NCBI GenBank assembly: GCA_938034555.1
Contig: CALHLT010000025.1
Span: 27,469-91,468 of the forward strand
Source of the DNA: an uncultured Bacillota bacterium
Lineage (GTDB): Bacteria; Bacillota; Clostridia; Christensenellales; UBA1242
DNA: 64,000 nt
Direction: 5' to 3'
The position numbers were made by a program, and so were the translations under genes. Positions 29,862-38,073 of the stretch are shown here, piece by piece (position 1 is the first letter of the stretch; every line of letters starts with the position of its first letter). The notes beneath the pieces are model-generated. The model was not told the origin of the DNA. It saw only the letters and a list, made by a program, of their open reading frames with translations, and searched no databases.

Positions 29862-29999
29862 TTGATTGCTAGTAGTATTATTAATTTGTTCTTTTTCCTT
29901 AAGAACTGCTGTAATAATTTCTTTCTTAGTTTTGCCTTTAAAACTTTTAATTAATTCTTTTATCGTCATATTTTAATATATTTAAGTAGGAGCTTACAA

Positions 30000-32900
30000 A
30001 TGAATAAAAATTTTAGCATTATACATCTTTCAGATTTGCACTATGATAAAAAGAAGGCAACTTCAAGTTCATTGCTTGTCGACAATATTTTTAATGATAT
30101 TAAATATTTAGAGAAACAAGAAGAAATTGAACCTAAATTAGTATTATTTACAGGAGATCTAGTAAATTTTGGTGGACAAAACGAGTTATTTGAAGAAGCA
30201 TATAATAATGTTATAAAACCTCTATTAGATAAATTAGGACTTAACTGTAATAAGTTTATTTATGTACCAGGTAATCATGAATTAGATAGAGAAAAAGTTG
30301 ATGAGGATTTTCAAGCTGGTTTTGTAAATAGAATAGGTTCGGCTGATATTGATAAGGAAAATTTTGGAAAAGATGTTTTAACACAAAGATCTAACAACTT
30401 CTTTAATTTTATAAATAGTTTATATAAATGGGACAAAGAAGATGTTATAAAAAATACAATAATCAGCATAGAAGGTTTTTCTATAGGTATTTCACTATAT
30501 AATACAGCTTGGTGTTCTTCTACATATAGTGAGCAAGACCAAAAGAAAATTTTTATGCCGCCAATTTTAGCAAAGCAGAAATTAAATGAATTAAACGATT
30601 GTGACTTTAAAATAGCAATGATGCATCATCCAATTGACTGGTATGATGATGAAAATGCAAATAAATTACAACACACATTATCGCAGTATAATTTGGTATT
30701 ATGCGGGCATAAGCATTTAGAAAATAATAAACTAGAACAAAAAGGCCCACTAAAAACGGTTTATAGTTATGCTCATAAACTTTTACCTCTTAAAGATAGA
30801 GAATCAGGATATTCTATTATAAAAATATTGCCTAATGAAAACAAGTTGGAAGTTTACTTTAGAGAATATAATGATAAGTTAAGCGCTTTTTCAACTGGTA
30901 TAACTAGTATTGATCAAGAAGTATCAGGATTAAAATATTCCGAATACGAAATTGGTAAAAAAGATGAAATAATCCAATCTTGCTATAGAGTGTTTTCGGC
31001 AATTAAAACCAACTTTATTAAAGGTTTAGATGAGTTGTTTATAACAAACACAATTGAAAGCAGTAAGAAGAGTTATGATAGCCTATTTGTAGATTTTTCA
31101 TTAACCGATTATCCACCATATAGTGAACCAACAAAAGAGAACTCAAAAAAAGACAAGAAAAACAATTATCATATCAATGATTTGACTAACCTAACTGGCG
31201 AAATAAATATATATGGTAAAAAGGAGTCTGGAAAAACAGTATTCGCTTATTCAATTGCAAAATATTTTCTAGACGAATTTGAAAAATATAAAAAGATACC
31301 GGTAGTGATTAATTGCAAAAAATATGGGAATACGAATTCAAATTTAAACAAAATTATAAATTGTATAATTTACGATTATTTAAATGAAAATAGTGATGTG
31401 TCAAAAAGAGAAATTTCTTCACTAGTCGATAAAGAAATGATAGTATTGATTTTTGATGAATTTGAATTTTTAACACAAAAGCAGCTTAAAGAATTAGCAA
31501 ACATTAACGTTACTAAATACTGTATAAAAGATTATAACCCTTTAGTTTTTGGTGAAGATGATAAGGGGTTTATTCAAAATGAAATAACTAAAGAAAAGAA
31601 AAATTATTTTATAAAACCTTATACTAAAAATGATGTCAGAAAGCTTGTAAATAATGTTTCAGTAATTGAAGGAGATAATCAATATGTAGAAAATGTTATA
31701 ACATATTTCTATACAACATCTTTACCTAGAACTCCATTTGTTGTTTCACTTATAGCAACTATTTGTGCAAAAAATAAAGATACAATTCCTACTAATCAAG
31801 CAAAGATACTCGAACAATTTTTAGAAAATGTTTTAGAAAAAATAAATCCAATTGAACAATTGTCAAGAACTTATGATTTTAGCAATAAAGAGGATTTTTT
31901 AAGTCATTTTGCTCATAAGTTATATACTCTTAATTCATTTTCTATGTCATATAATGATTTTTGTCAATTTACTTTAGATTATCATACAGAGAGAGGATTT
32001 TGTTTAGAGGACTCTAAATTTGATACCTTGTTTTTTGAGAAAAATATTCTCGTAAAAGAAGATAATTTGGTTTATTTTAGATTTTCATGTTTTAATTACT
32101 ATTACTTGGCAAAATTTGCTATTAAGAATTCTGATTTTAAAAACTCGATAATTAACACAGAAAAAATTGCAATTAATGCAGATATACTATTTTATTACAC
32201 GGGTTTAAAAAGAGATGACGCACACATGTTGACTGATGTAAAAAATCAATTAAATGAATATGTGCAGCAAAATTTTGTTGACGTTGATATTTTTGATCAA
32301 GACCCAATAAAAACAAATCTAGGATTAACCGACGACTTTGTAGAGGCGGTGAAAGAAAAGGCGGAAACAATAAATCAAACAGAAAAAGATGAAATTACGG
32401 ATAGAGGTGATACATCATCCGAGTATAATCCAACGAATAATATTGTTAATGTTAATGGACAATCGTTTGATAAGTTATTGTCAATATTAGGCTTTTCAAT
32501 AAAAAACTGTGAAGAAGTCAGCGCTAATCTAAAAAAAGAATCAATGAGAGTTTATCTAAAAGGTTGCAGAATACTTTGGAATAACTTTAGAAATCAAATG
32601 TTAAATTTCGCAAAAGAGGTTAATTTATTAATTTTACAAGATTCTGAAAATGTAGATGAGCAATTAAAAAAAGCATTCGAAATATTTGAGGACATTTTAA
32701 AAATAACAATCCCTATAGCAATATCACAAGCTATGTTAGAGAACTCAGCTACTGAAAAAATGAAAACTATTTATGTAGAGATTTTAAATGAGTGTGATTA
32801 CAATACACCTGAAAAAATGTTGTTGACTTTCTTACTGTTAGATTTAAACCACAAGGATAGTGAAAAGTTTGTTCATGATTTCATTAACAATACTAATAAC

Positions 32901-33116
32901 AAAAATTATCTAATGGTTTGTTTATTTAAATTATTGTATAATTTCTTGTATGGGACAATGTCTAACAATAAAAAACTTTTAAATCCGATAGCGGAATGTT
33001 ATATTAAAGCAACAAATTCTAAAAAGAGTGATAAGGGAAAAATTATTGAAAGTGTTAAAAAACAAGAATTTTATGATAAGTTTTTAATAAATGATTCTAA
33101 AACTAGCAATAATTAA
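30000..33116 (+). CDS. Metallophosphoesterase fused to a P-loop NTPase and a long helical C-terminal region (STAND/NLR-like logic), 1038 aa
   Basis: RBS AGGAG. MPE motifs LSDLHY, FTGDLV, VPGNHE, MMHHP and LCGHKH within aa 1-240. Walker A GKKESGKT at nt 31215-31238 and Walker B IVLIFDEF at nt 31440-31463. Confidence 0.85.
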   Translation: MNKNFSIIHLSDLHYDKKKATSSSLLVDNIFNDIKYLEKQEEIEPKLVLFTGDLVNFGGQNELFEEAYNNVIKPLLDKLGLNCNKFIYVPGNHELDREKVDEDFQAGFVNRIGSADIDKENFGKDVLTQRSNNFFNFINSLYKWDKEDVIKNTIISIEGFSIGISLYNTAWCSSTYSEQDQKKIFMPPILAKQKLNELNDCDFKIAMMHHPIDWYDDENANKLQHTLSQYNLVLCGHKHLENNKLEQKGPLKTVYSYAHKLLPLKDRESGYSIIKILPNENKLEVYFREYNDKLSAFSTGITSIDQEVSGLKYSEYEIGKKDEIIQSCYRVFSAIKTNFIKGLDELFITNTIESSKKSYDSLFVDFSLTDYPPYSEPTKENSKKDKKNNYHINDLTNLTGEINIYGKKESGKTVFAYSIAKYFLDEFEKYKKIPVVINCKKYGNTNSNLNKIINCIIYDYLNENSDVSKREISSLVDKEMIVLIFDEFEFLTQKQLKELANINVTKYCIKDYNPLVFGEDDKGFIQNEITKEKKNYFIKPYTKNDVRKLVNNVSVIEGDNQYVENVITYFYTTSLPRTPFVVSLIATICAKNKDTIPTNQAKILEQFLENVLEKINPIEQLSRTYDFSNKEDFLSHFAHKLYTLNSFSMSYNDFCQFTLDYHTERGFCLEDSKFDTLFFEKNILVKEDNLVYFRFSCFNYYYLAKFAIKNSDFKNSIINTEKIAINADILFYYTGLKRDDAHMLTDVKNQLNEYVQQNFVDVDIFDQDPIKTNLGLTDDFVEAVKEKAETINQTEKDEITDRGDTSSEYNPTNNIVNVNGQSFDKLLSILGFSIKNCEEVSANLKKESMRVYLKGCRILWNNFRNQMLNFAKEVNLLILQDSENVDEQLKKAFEIFEDILKITIPIAISQAMLENSATEKMKTIYVEILNECDYNTPEKMLLTFLLLDLNHKDSEKFVHDFINNTNNKNYLMVCLFKLLYNFLYGTMSNNKKLLNPIAECYIKATNSKKSDKGKIIESVKKQEFYDKFLINDSKTSNN

Positions 33117-33131
33117 ATTTGCTAGTTTTTT
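33101..33131 (+). terminator. Terminator overlapping the 3' end of the 1038-aa gene
   Basis: aactagcaa/ttgctagtt stem followed by TTTTT. Confidence 0.55.
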
Positions 33132-33139
33132 GTGCTAAA

Positions 33140-33394
33140 AACCACCAGACTATCTGGTGGTTCAGTAGAGGCTTTTGCCGTTGAACAAAATATCTCCTTG
33201 TGTTAGAATTAAATATTGTCTGCAAACAAAATTTAAAACACAAGAAGATAAAAGTCATGAATGACACGAATAGTTTAGCACACACAACTTGGAATCGCAA
33301 GTATCACATTGTATTTGCACCAAAGTATAGAAGATTAGTATTCTTCAGTCAAAAGAGAAAAGAGATTGGAGCAAGCAAAGTTGAAAGTTATTAA
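33140..33394 (+). mobile_element. IS200/IS605-family remnant: end hairpin plus the first ~40 codons of tnpA
   Basis: Perfect 10-bp hairpin aaccaccaga-cta-tctggtggtt at 33140-33162. The ORF from 33257 encodes MNDTNSLAHTTWNRKYHIVFAPKYRRLVFFSQKRKEIG, a Y1-transposase N-terminus, and then diverges and stops. Confidence 0.65.
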
Positions 33395-33695
33395 CTATCT
33401 AAAAGAATTGATAACTATAGCGCCACAAGAAAAGGCCTTTATAAAAGAATTTAGAAATCAAAATTACAAACCTGAATGGCTATTTGATGATAAGAATATG
33501 GTTGAAAACATTTCACAACTCCCAATGGCATTGTGTGGAGATGTAAAAAATAATATTAATCAAATTTACTCAAAATCACCACTATTATGGGTAAAATATA
33601 TAAATATGGTTAAGATGCTTGTATTTTTAATACAAGTTTTAAAAGAATATGCTATAATAAACTTAGATTTAACTTCCTATAATATGAAATTATAG
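33366..33695 (+). pseudogene. Possible C-terminal fragment of an AbiEii/DUF1814-type nucleotidyltransferase toxin gene
   Basis: ...QEKAFIKEFRNQNYKPEWLFDDKNMVENISQLPMAL... resembles the family C-terminus as I recall it. No N-terminal catalytic part is present. Weak call. Confidence 0.3.
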
Positions 33696-33716
33696 GAATA
33701 TACAGAAGGAAAAAAT

Positions 33717-34397
33717 ATGTCTAAAGGAATAATTTATGTCTGTTCAACAGTTGTTGATGGTTTGATTAAGATTGGAAGAACAACAGATTTTGAAAAAAGA
33801 ATGGAAATATTGGAAAATAATGGTTATCGTAATGTTACGGGTTTAAAAAGGCAATTTGCAATAGAATTGGAAAACCATGAAGAAATAGAACAATTATTAG
33901 ATGATTTATTTGCAAAAAGTAGAGTTGGTAACACCGAATTATTTTCTTTAGACATAAATAAAACTATTCAATTATTGTCATCTTTTTCAGGTAGACAAAT
34001 ATATCCTATGGATAAATCAAAACAAGAAGTATTTGAAAACGCAACTGAATTGGTTCAATCTCAATTAATTCCCAATGGAGAATATGTGTTCAATAGAAAA
34101 ATTAAAGAGATGAACAAAACAATTATTGCAAAGCTTAATGTTGAAAATGATAAATTTTTACTAAAAGCTGGTTCAATGATAGCCCCATACAAAGAGTATA
34201 AAACGCCAGCTTGGATTGTAACAAGAAGGTCAATGAAGATTGAGAATAATATATTGTTAAATGATGTTGAGTGTTCTTCTCCATCTATGGCAGCTGCACT
34301 GGTTGTTGGTCAAGCGGCTAATGGCTGGATCAGTTGGAAAAATAACAAAGGACAAGCTATAGATGTTTATCGAAGAAAAGATAGTGAACTTGATTAA
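33717..34397 (+). CDS. T5orf172 (GIY-YIG-related) domain protein with DUF4357-like C-terminal domain
   Basis: GIIYVCSTVVDGLIKIGRTTDFEKRMEIL...EIEQLLDDLF...GNTELFSL. The C-terminal part SPSMAAALVVGQAANGWISWKN is typical of DUF4357. Confidence 0.7.
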   Translation: MSKGIIYVCSTVVDGLIKIGRTTDFEKRMEILENNGYRNVTGLKRQFAIELENHEEIEQLLDDLFAKSRVGNTELFSLDINKTIQLLSSFSGRQIYPMDKSKQEVFENATELVQSQLIPNGEYVFNRKIKEMNKTIIAKLNVENDKFLLKAGSMIAPYKEYKTPAWIVTRRSMKIENNILLNDVECSSPSMAAALVVGQAANGWISWKNNKGQAIDVYRRKDSELD

Positions 34398-34471
34398 ATC
34401 CTATAATTGCAATTTTATAAGGGAAAAGTTAAATGATAAAGATACAAAGATAGATAAAAGGAGTAATTCGA

Positions 34472-36601
34472 ATGAAAGATAATTCGATATTGAACAAGGC
34501 GCGATATTCGGAAAATACTGATGAATGGTATACTGATTATAAAACAGTTGAAGAAGAATTATCTCATTATGTAAATCAATTTTGTGATAAAATAGTTTTA
34601 TGTAATTGTGATGACCCATATAAATCAGCATTTGCTAATTACTTTTTGAAAAACTTTAATGTTTTACAGTTAAAAAGATTGATATGTACATCATACAAAG
34701 GCTCTAGAATTGTTGATGAATTCAATTTGAAAGATAATAACGATTTAATTTTAGATAAGAAGTTTGCCTATGTAATGATTGTCAACGAAATAGATATTGA
34801 AGAAGAAAAGGAAATTAGTGATGATAAAATTTTAAATTTTTTAAGAAATAAAAGGCTGGTTAAAAAATTAAAAGGTGATGGTGATTTTCGTAGTAATGAA
34901 TGTATTAGGTATTTAAAAGAAGCAGACATTGTTGTTACTAATCCACCTTTTTCAAAATTTACCGAACTGTTTTCACTTCTTGTAAAATATAAGAAAAAAT
35001 ATTTGATTATTGGAAATCAAAACGCCATAACATACAAGGAAGTTTTTCCAATAATAAAAAGTGGTGAAGCTTGGATTGGTTATAGATTTGGAGATATGGC
35101 ATTTAAAGTTCCTAACGATACTCAACCAAGAGAAACTAGATTTTGGGTTGATGAAAACGGTCAAAAATGGCGAAGTTTAGGAAATGCAATGTGGTTAACA
35201 AATTTGGATACTGAAAGGAAGCATTTAAAGCTGGATCTTACTTCTTATTATAACCCTAAAAAATATCCAAAGTTTGATAATTATGATGCAATTAATGTAT
35301 CAAAAGTTATGGATATACCCAAAGATTATGCAGGTATTATGGGGGTCCCACTTACTTATTTAAAATATCATAATGAAGAACAATTTGAAATAGTTGGCGA
35401 AGCAAATCATGGCACTGATAATGAATTTGATTTATTTAAACCAACAATCAATGGTAAAGAATTATTTAAAAGGATATTAATCCGAAACAAGAAATGTATG
35501 TTAGATGAAAAACAATTTAAAATTTTAGACTTGTTTTGCGGTGCCGGAGGTATGTCTTACGGAATGCACCAAAACCCTCACTTTAAAACAGTCGTAGCGT
35601 TAGATATTGAAGAAAAACTAGCAGAATCTTTAAAGAAAAATATGCCAGAGGTAAATGTTATTATTGGAGATATTAAGAATCCAGAAGTAAAAGATAAAGT
35701 AGTAGAATTGTCTAGAAAAAATGGTGTCAATATGATAATTGGTGGTCCACCTTGTCAGGGTTTTTCTTTAAAAGGCAAGAAACTAGGATTAAAAGACCCA
35801 AGAAATTTCTTGTTTGTAGAATATCTTAATTTAGTTGAGAAATTACAACCTGAAGTTTTTGTAATTGAAAATGTTAAGGCACTTTTATCAACATCTAATG
35901 GTTGGTTTAAAAACGAAATTGTATCTGCAATCGAAAAGTTGGGATATAAGGTAGATGTTGGCGTTCTTAAAGCAACTGATTTTGGTGTTCCACAAACGAG
36001 AGAACGAACTATATTTATTTGTTGTAAAAGCAATAAGATAGAGCTTCCATTACCTACCGTAAGTAAGCCTATTACAGTTCGAGAAGCCATAGAAGATTTA
36101 GCATATTTAGAAGCTAATGAAGGAGATTTTGAACAATGTTATAAAAATACAGCCAAATCTAAATATCAGCGAGAGATGAGAAAAAATTCGGCAAAATTAT
36201 ATAATCACAAAGCTTCAAATCATGCAAAAATTGCAATAGACAAATTAAAGATGATTCCACCTGAAAAAGGTAAAGAATATCTTCCAAAAGAATTATTGGG
36301 AAAACAAAAATTTCATTCAACTTGGGGTCGATTAAAATGGGATGAACCTTCACCAACAATAGATACTAGATTTGATGCCGCTTCTAACGGAACCAACAAT
36401 CACCCATTTTTGAATAGAACTATAACACCAAGAGAAGCCGCAAGATTACAATCTTTTGATGATAATTTTATTTTTTACGGAACAAAAGTGGCTGTTAGAA
36501 CACAAATAGGAAACGCGGTTCCTCCATTAATGGCAAAGGCGATTGCTGATCAAATTTATAAAACTTTATCTAATAAAAAAAACAAAGGAGATGAAAACTA
36601 A
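34472..36601 (+). CDS. Fused DNA methyltransferase: N-terminal EcoRI-methylase-like N6-adenine domain plus C-terminal C5-cytosine (Dcm-type) domain
   Basis: N domain: DEWYTDYKTVEEEL...VLCNCDDP and NPPF at nt 34940-34951. C domain: FKILDLFCGAGGMSYG, GGPPCQGFS (catalytic Cys codon at 35753-35755), ENV, QTRER and GNAVPP. Confidence 0.9.
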   Translation: MKDNSILNKARYSENTDEWYTDYKTVEEELSHYVNQFCDKIVLCNCDDPYKSAFANYFLKNFNVLQLKRLICTSYKGSRIVDEFNLKDNNDLILDKKFAYVMIVNEIDIEEEKEISDDKILNFLRNKRLVKKLKGDGDFRSNECIRYLKEADIVVTNPPFSKFTELFSLLVKYKKKYLIIGNQNAITYKEVFPIIKSGEAWIGYRFGDMAFKVPNDTQPRETRFWVDENGQKWRSLGNAMWLTNLDTERKHLKLDLTSYYNPKKYPKFDNYDAINVSKVMDIPKDYAGIMGVPLTYLKYHNEEQFEIVGEANHGTDNEFDLFKPTINGKELFKRILIRNKKCMLDEKQFKILDLFCGAGGMSYGMHQNPHFKTVVALDIEEKLAESLKKNMPEVNVIIGDIKNPEVKDKVVELSRKNGVNMIIGGPPCQGFSLKGKKLGLKDPRNFLFVEYLNLVEKLQPEVFVIENVKALLSTSNGWFKNEIVSAIEKLGYKVDVGVLKATDFGVPQTRERTIFICCKSNKIELPLPTVSKPITVREAIEDLAYLEANEGDFEQCYKNTAKSKYQREMRKNSAKLYNHKASNHAKIAIDKLKMIPPEKGKEYLPKELLGKQKFHSTWGRLKWDEPSPTIDTRFDAASNGTNNHPFLNRTITPREAARLQSFDDNFIFYGTKVAVRTQIGNAVPPLMAKAIADQIYKTLSNKKNKGDEN

Positions 36602-37473
36602 TGAATACACAAATGGCTTATTTGATAGGCATGATTTTAGGCAATGGAGAAGTCCAAAGAAAATCAGACGCTACAACAATTACAGTTGAATTACCTCATA
36701 AGAATTTAATTGATGATGAGGGACGTGAGGTTTCGGTATATGTAAAAAGCAGTTTGGCTGACATTAGAGGAATTGTTGAACCTTTAATTGGTTATTCATT
36801 ACCTATATCTCAAACAAAGAGGGCTACTCAGTTTTCATTTACAATGCCAAATGCAGATTATACGATGCGAGAAATTTTAAGATTTATTGGGAATGGTGTA
36901 CATCACTCAACGATGACAATGAATGATGAATTATTTGGAATGAAAACAGATGAAAAGAAAGAATTGTTAAGAGGAATTGCAGATGTAACTGGTTATATTC
37001 GAAAAAGCAACATTGCTTTTGGTCAAGATGGTTGCCATAGGGTTTATATTGAAATTCCGGGCAATTGGCAAATGGTAATAGACATAGCAAATATGTTAAA
37101 AGATTTAGATATACCTGTCCAAACGATTGATTTTGGTCATCCAAATTTTAGAGATTCTAATTTAAAGAAATATAATGAGGGTAAACCATACTATTGGAAA
37201 AAAGAACATCAAATTAAAATTTGGGCTAATGAGTTTTTACCTATTGGATTTAATATCGTTCATAAGCAAAGAGCTTTAGAAAAATATGCTGATGAACTAT
37301 TAGATTATCTAGATGAGAAAAAAACACATCAATTTTATTGGCAAAAAACAATTAGAAGAAAAGAAAAACCTATACATCCTATGGAAAATGATGAATCTTT
37401 GCCTTTGAGTATTAGAGGTAAACATTATGAATCTTGGACGGATTTGGCAAAGGATTTGGGTTATGGCGAATAA
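36601..37473 (+). CDS. Degenerate double-motif LAGLIDADG-like protein in the restriction-enzyme position
   Basis: The ATG overlaps the methyltransferase stop (TAATG). Contains MAYLIGMILGNGEV and ELLRGIADVTGYI, two LAGLIDADG-like helices about 115 aa apart, both lacking the canonical terminal acidic residue. Confidence 0.45.
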   Translation: MNTQMAYLIGMILGNGEVQRKSDATTITVELPHKNLIDDEGREVSVYVKSSLADIRGIVEPLIGYSLPISQTKRATQFSFTMPNADYTMREILRFIGNGVHHSTMTMNDELFGMKTDEKKELLRGIADVTGYIRKSNIAFGQDGCHRVYIEIPGNWQMVIDIANMLKDLDIPVQTIDFGHPNFRDSNLKKYNEGKPYYWKKEHQIKIWANEFLPIGFNIVHKQRALEKYADELLDYLDEKKTHQFYWQKTIRRKEKPIHPMENDESLPLSIRGKHYESWTDLAKDLGYGE

Positions 37474-37966
37474 TGTGGCAAAAGAAGTTGAATTGTATGC
37501 AGAAATGACAGTTTGGCTAGATACATATCTTAAAGATAAATATAAAAGTAAAAAATGCAAAATAATAGTTGTCGACTGTCATTCTGTCTATTTAGATTCT
37601 GTTTTAGGGAAATATGGGATAATAAAATATTATCCACAAGTAGTTGGATTAAAAATTGAAATTGATGTTTTAGGTATGGTTATTTGGAATAATAAAGCAG
37701 AAATATATTTTATAGAAGCAAAGAAAACACAACTTAATTTGCAAAATTTAGGACAGCTTCAAATATATTGTAAATTATGTGATCCTGAAGGAGCTTACTT
37801 GTTATCTTCTGCTGGTTTAGGTGGTTTGGACAAAGTTTTAAAAATATTAAAAAGAGAAGATTTATTAGACTTTGGTTCTGGAAAAAGAATTAAAAAGATT
37901 AAGGTTGGCAGATGGGATTTATCAAAACATTCTCTAGATAATCACTCTGTAATACCAAAAATTTAG
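37463..37966 (+). CDS. Small PD-(D/E)xK (restriction-endonuclease-fold) protein
   Basis: ATG at 37463 overlaps the upstream stop by 11 nt. Motif order is E (helix EVELYAEM), D (IEIDVLG), ExK (FIEAKK) and Q (LGQLQIY). Confidence 0.55.
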   Translation: MANNVAKEVELYAEMTVWLDTYLKDKYKSKKCKIIVVDCHSVYLDSVLGKYGIIKYYPQVVGLKIEIDVLGMVIWNNKAEIYFIEAKKTQLNLQNLGQLQIYCKLCDPEGAYLLSSAGLGGLDKVLKILKREDLLDFGSGKRIKKIKVGRWDLSKHSLDNHSVIPKI

Positions 37967-37971
37967 CAAAA

Positions 37972-38003
37972 ACACTCAATCTTAATTGATTGGGTGTTTT
38001 TTT
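37972..38003 (+). terminator. Terminator closing the 33.7-38.0 kb operon
   Basis: acactcaat/attgggtgt stem with one G-U pair, followed by TTTTTT. Confidence 0.55.
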
Positions 38004-38073
38004 GTTGCGTTAATAGAAAAATTTGAATTTTAACAAAATACTTTTACTTTTTTTAATTAAATTTTTAAAAAAC

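Noticed and set aside
33103-33300. 65-aa minus-strand ORF.
   Set aside because: It overlaps the IS200 end hairpin and the tnpA remnant on the opposite strand, and has no supporting signals.
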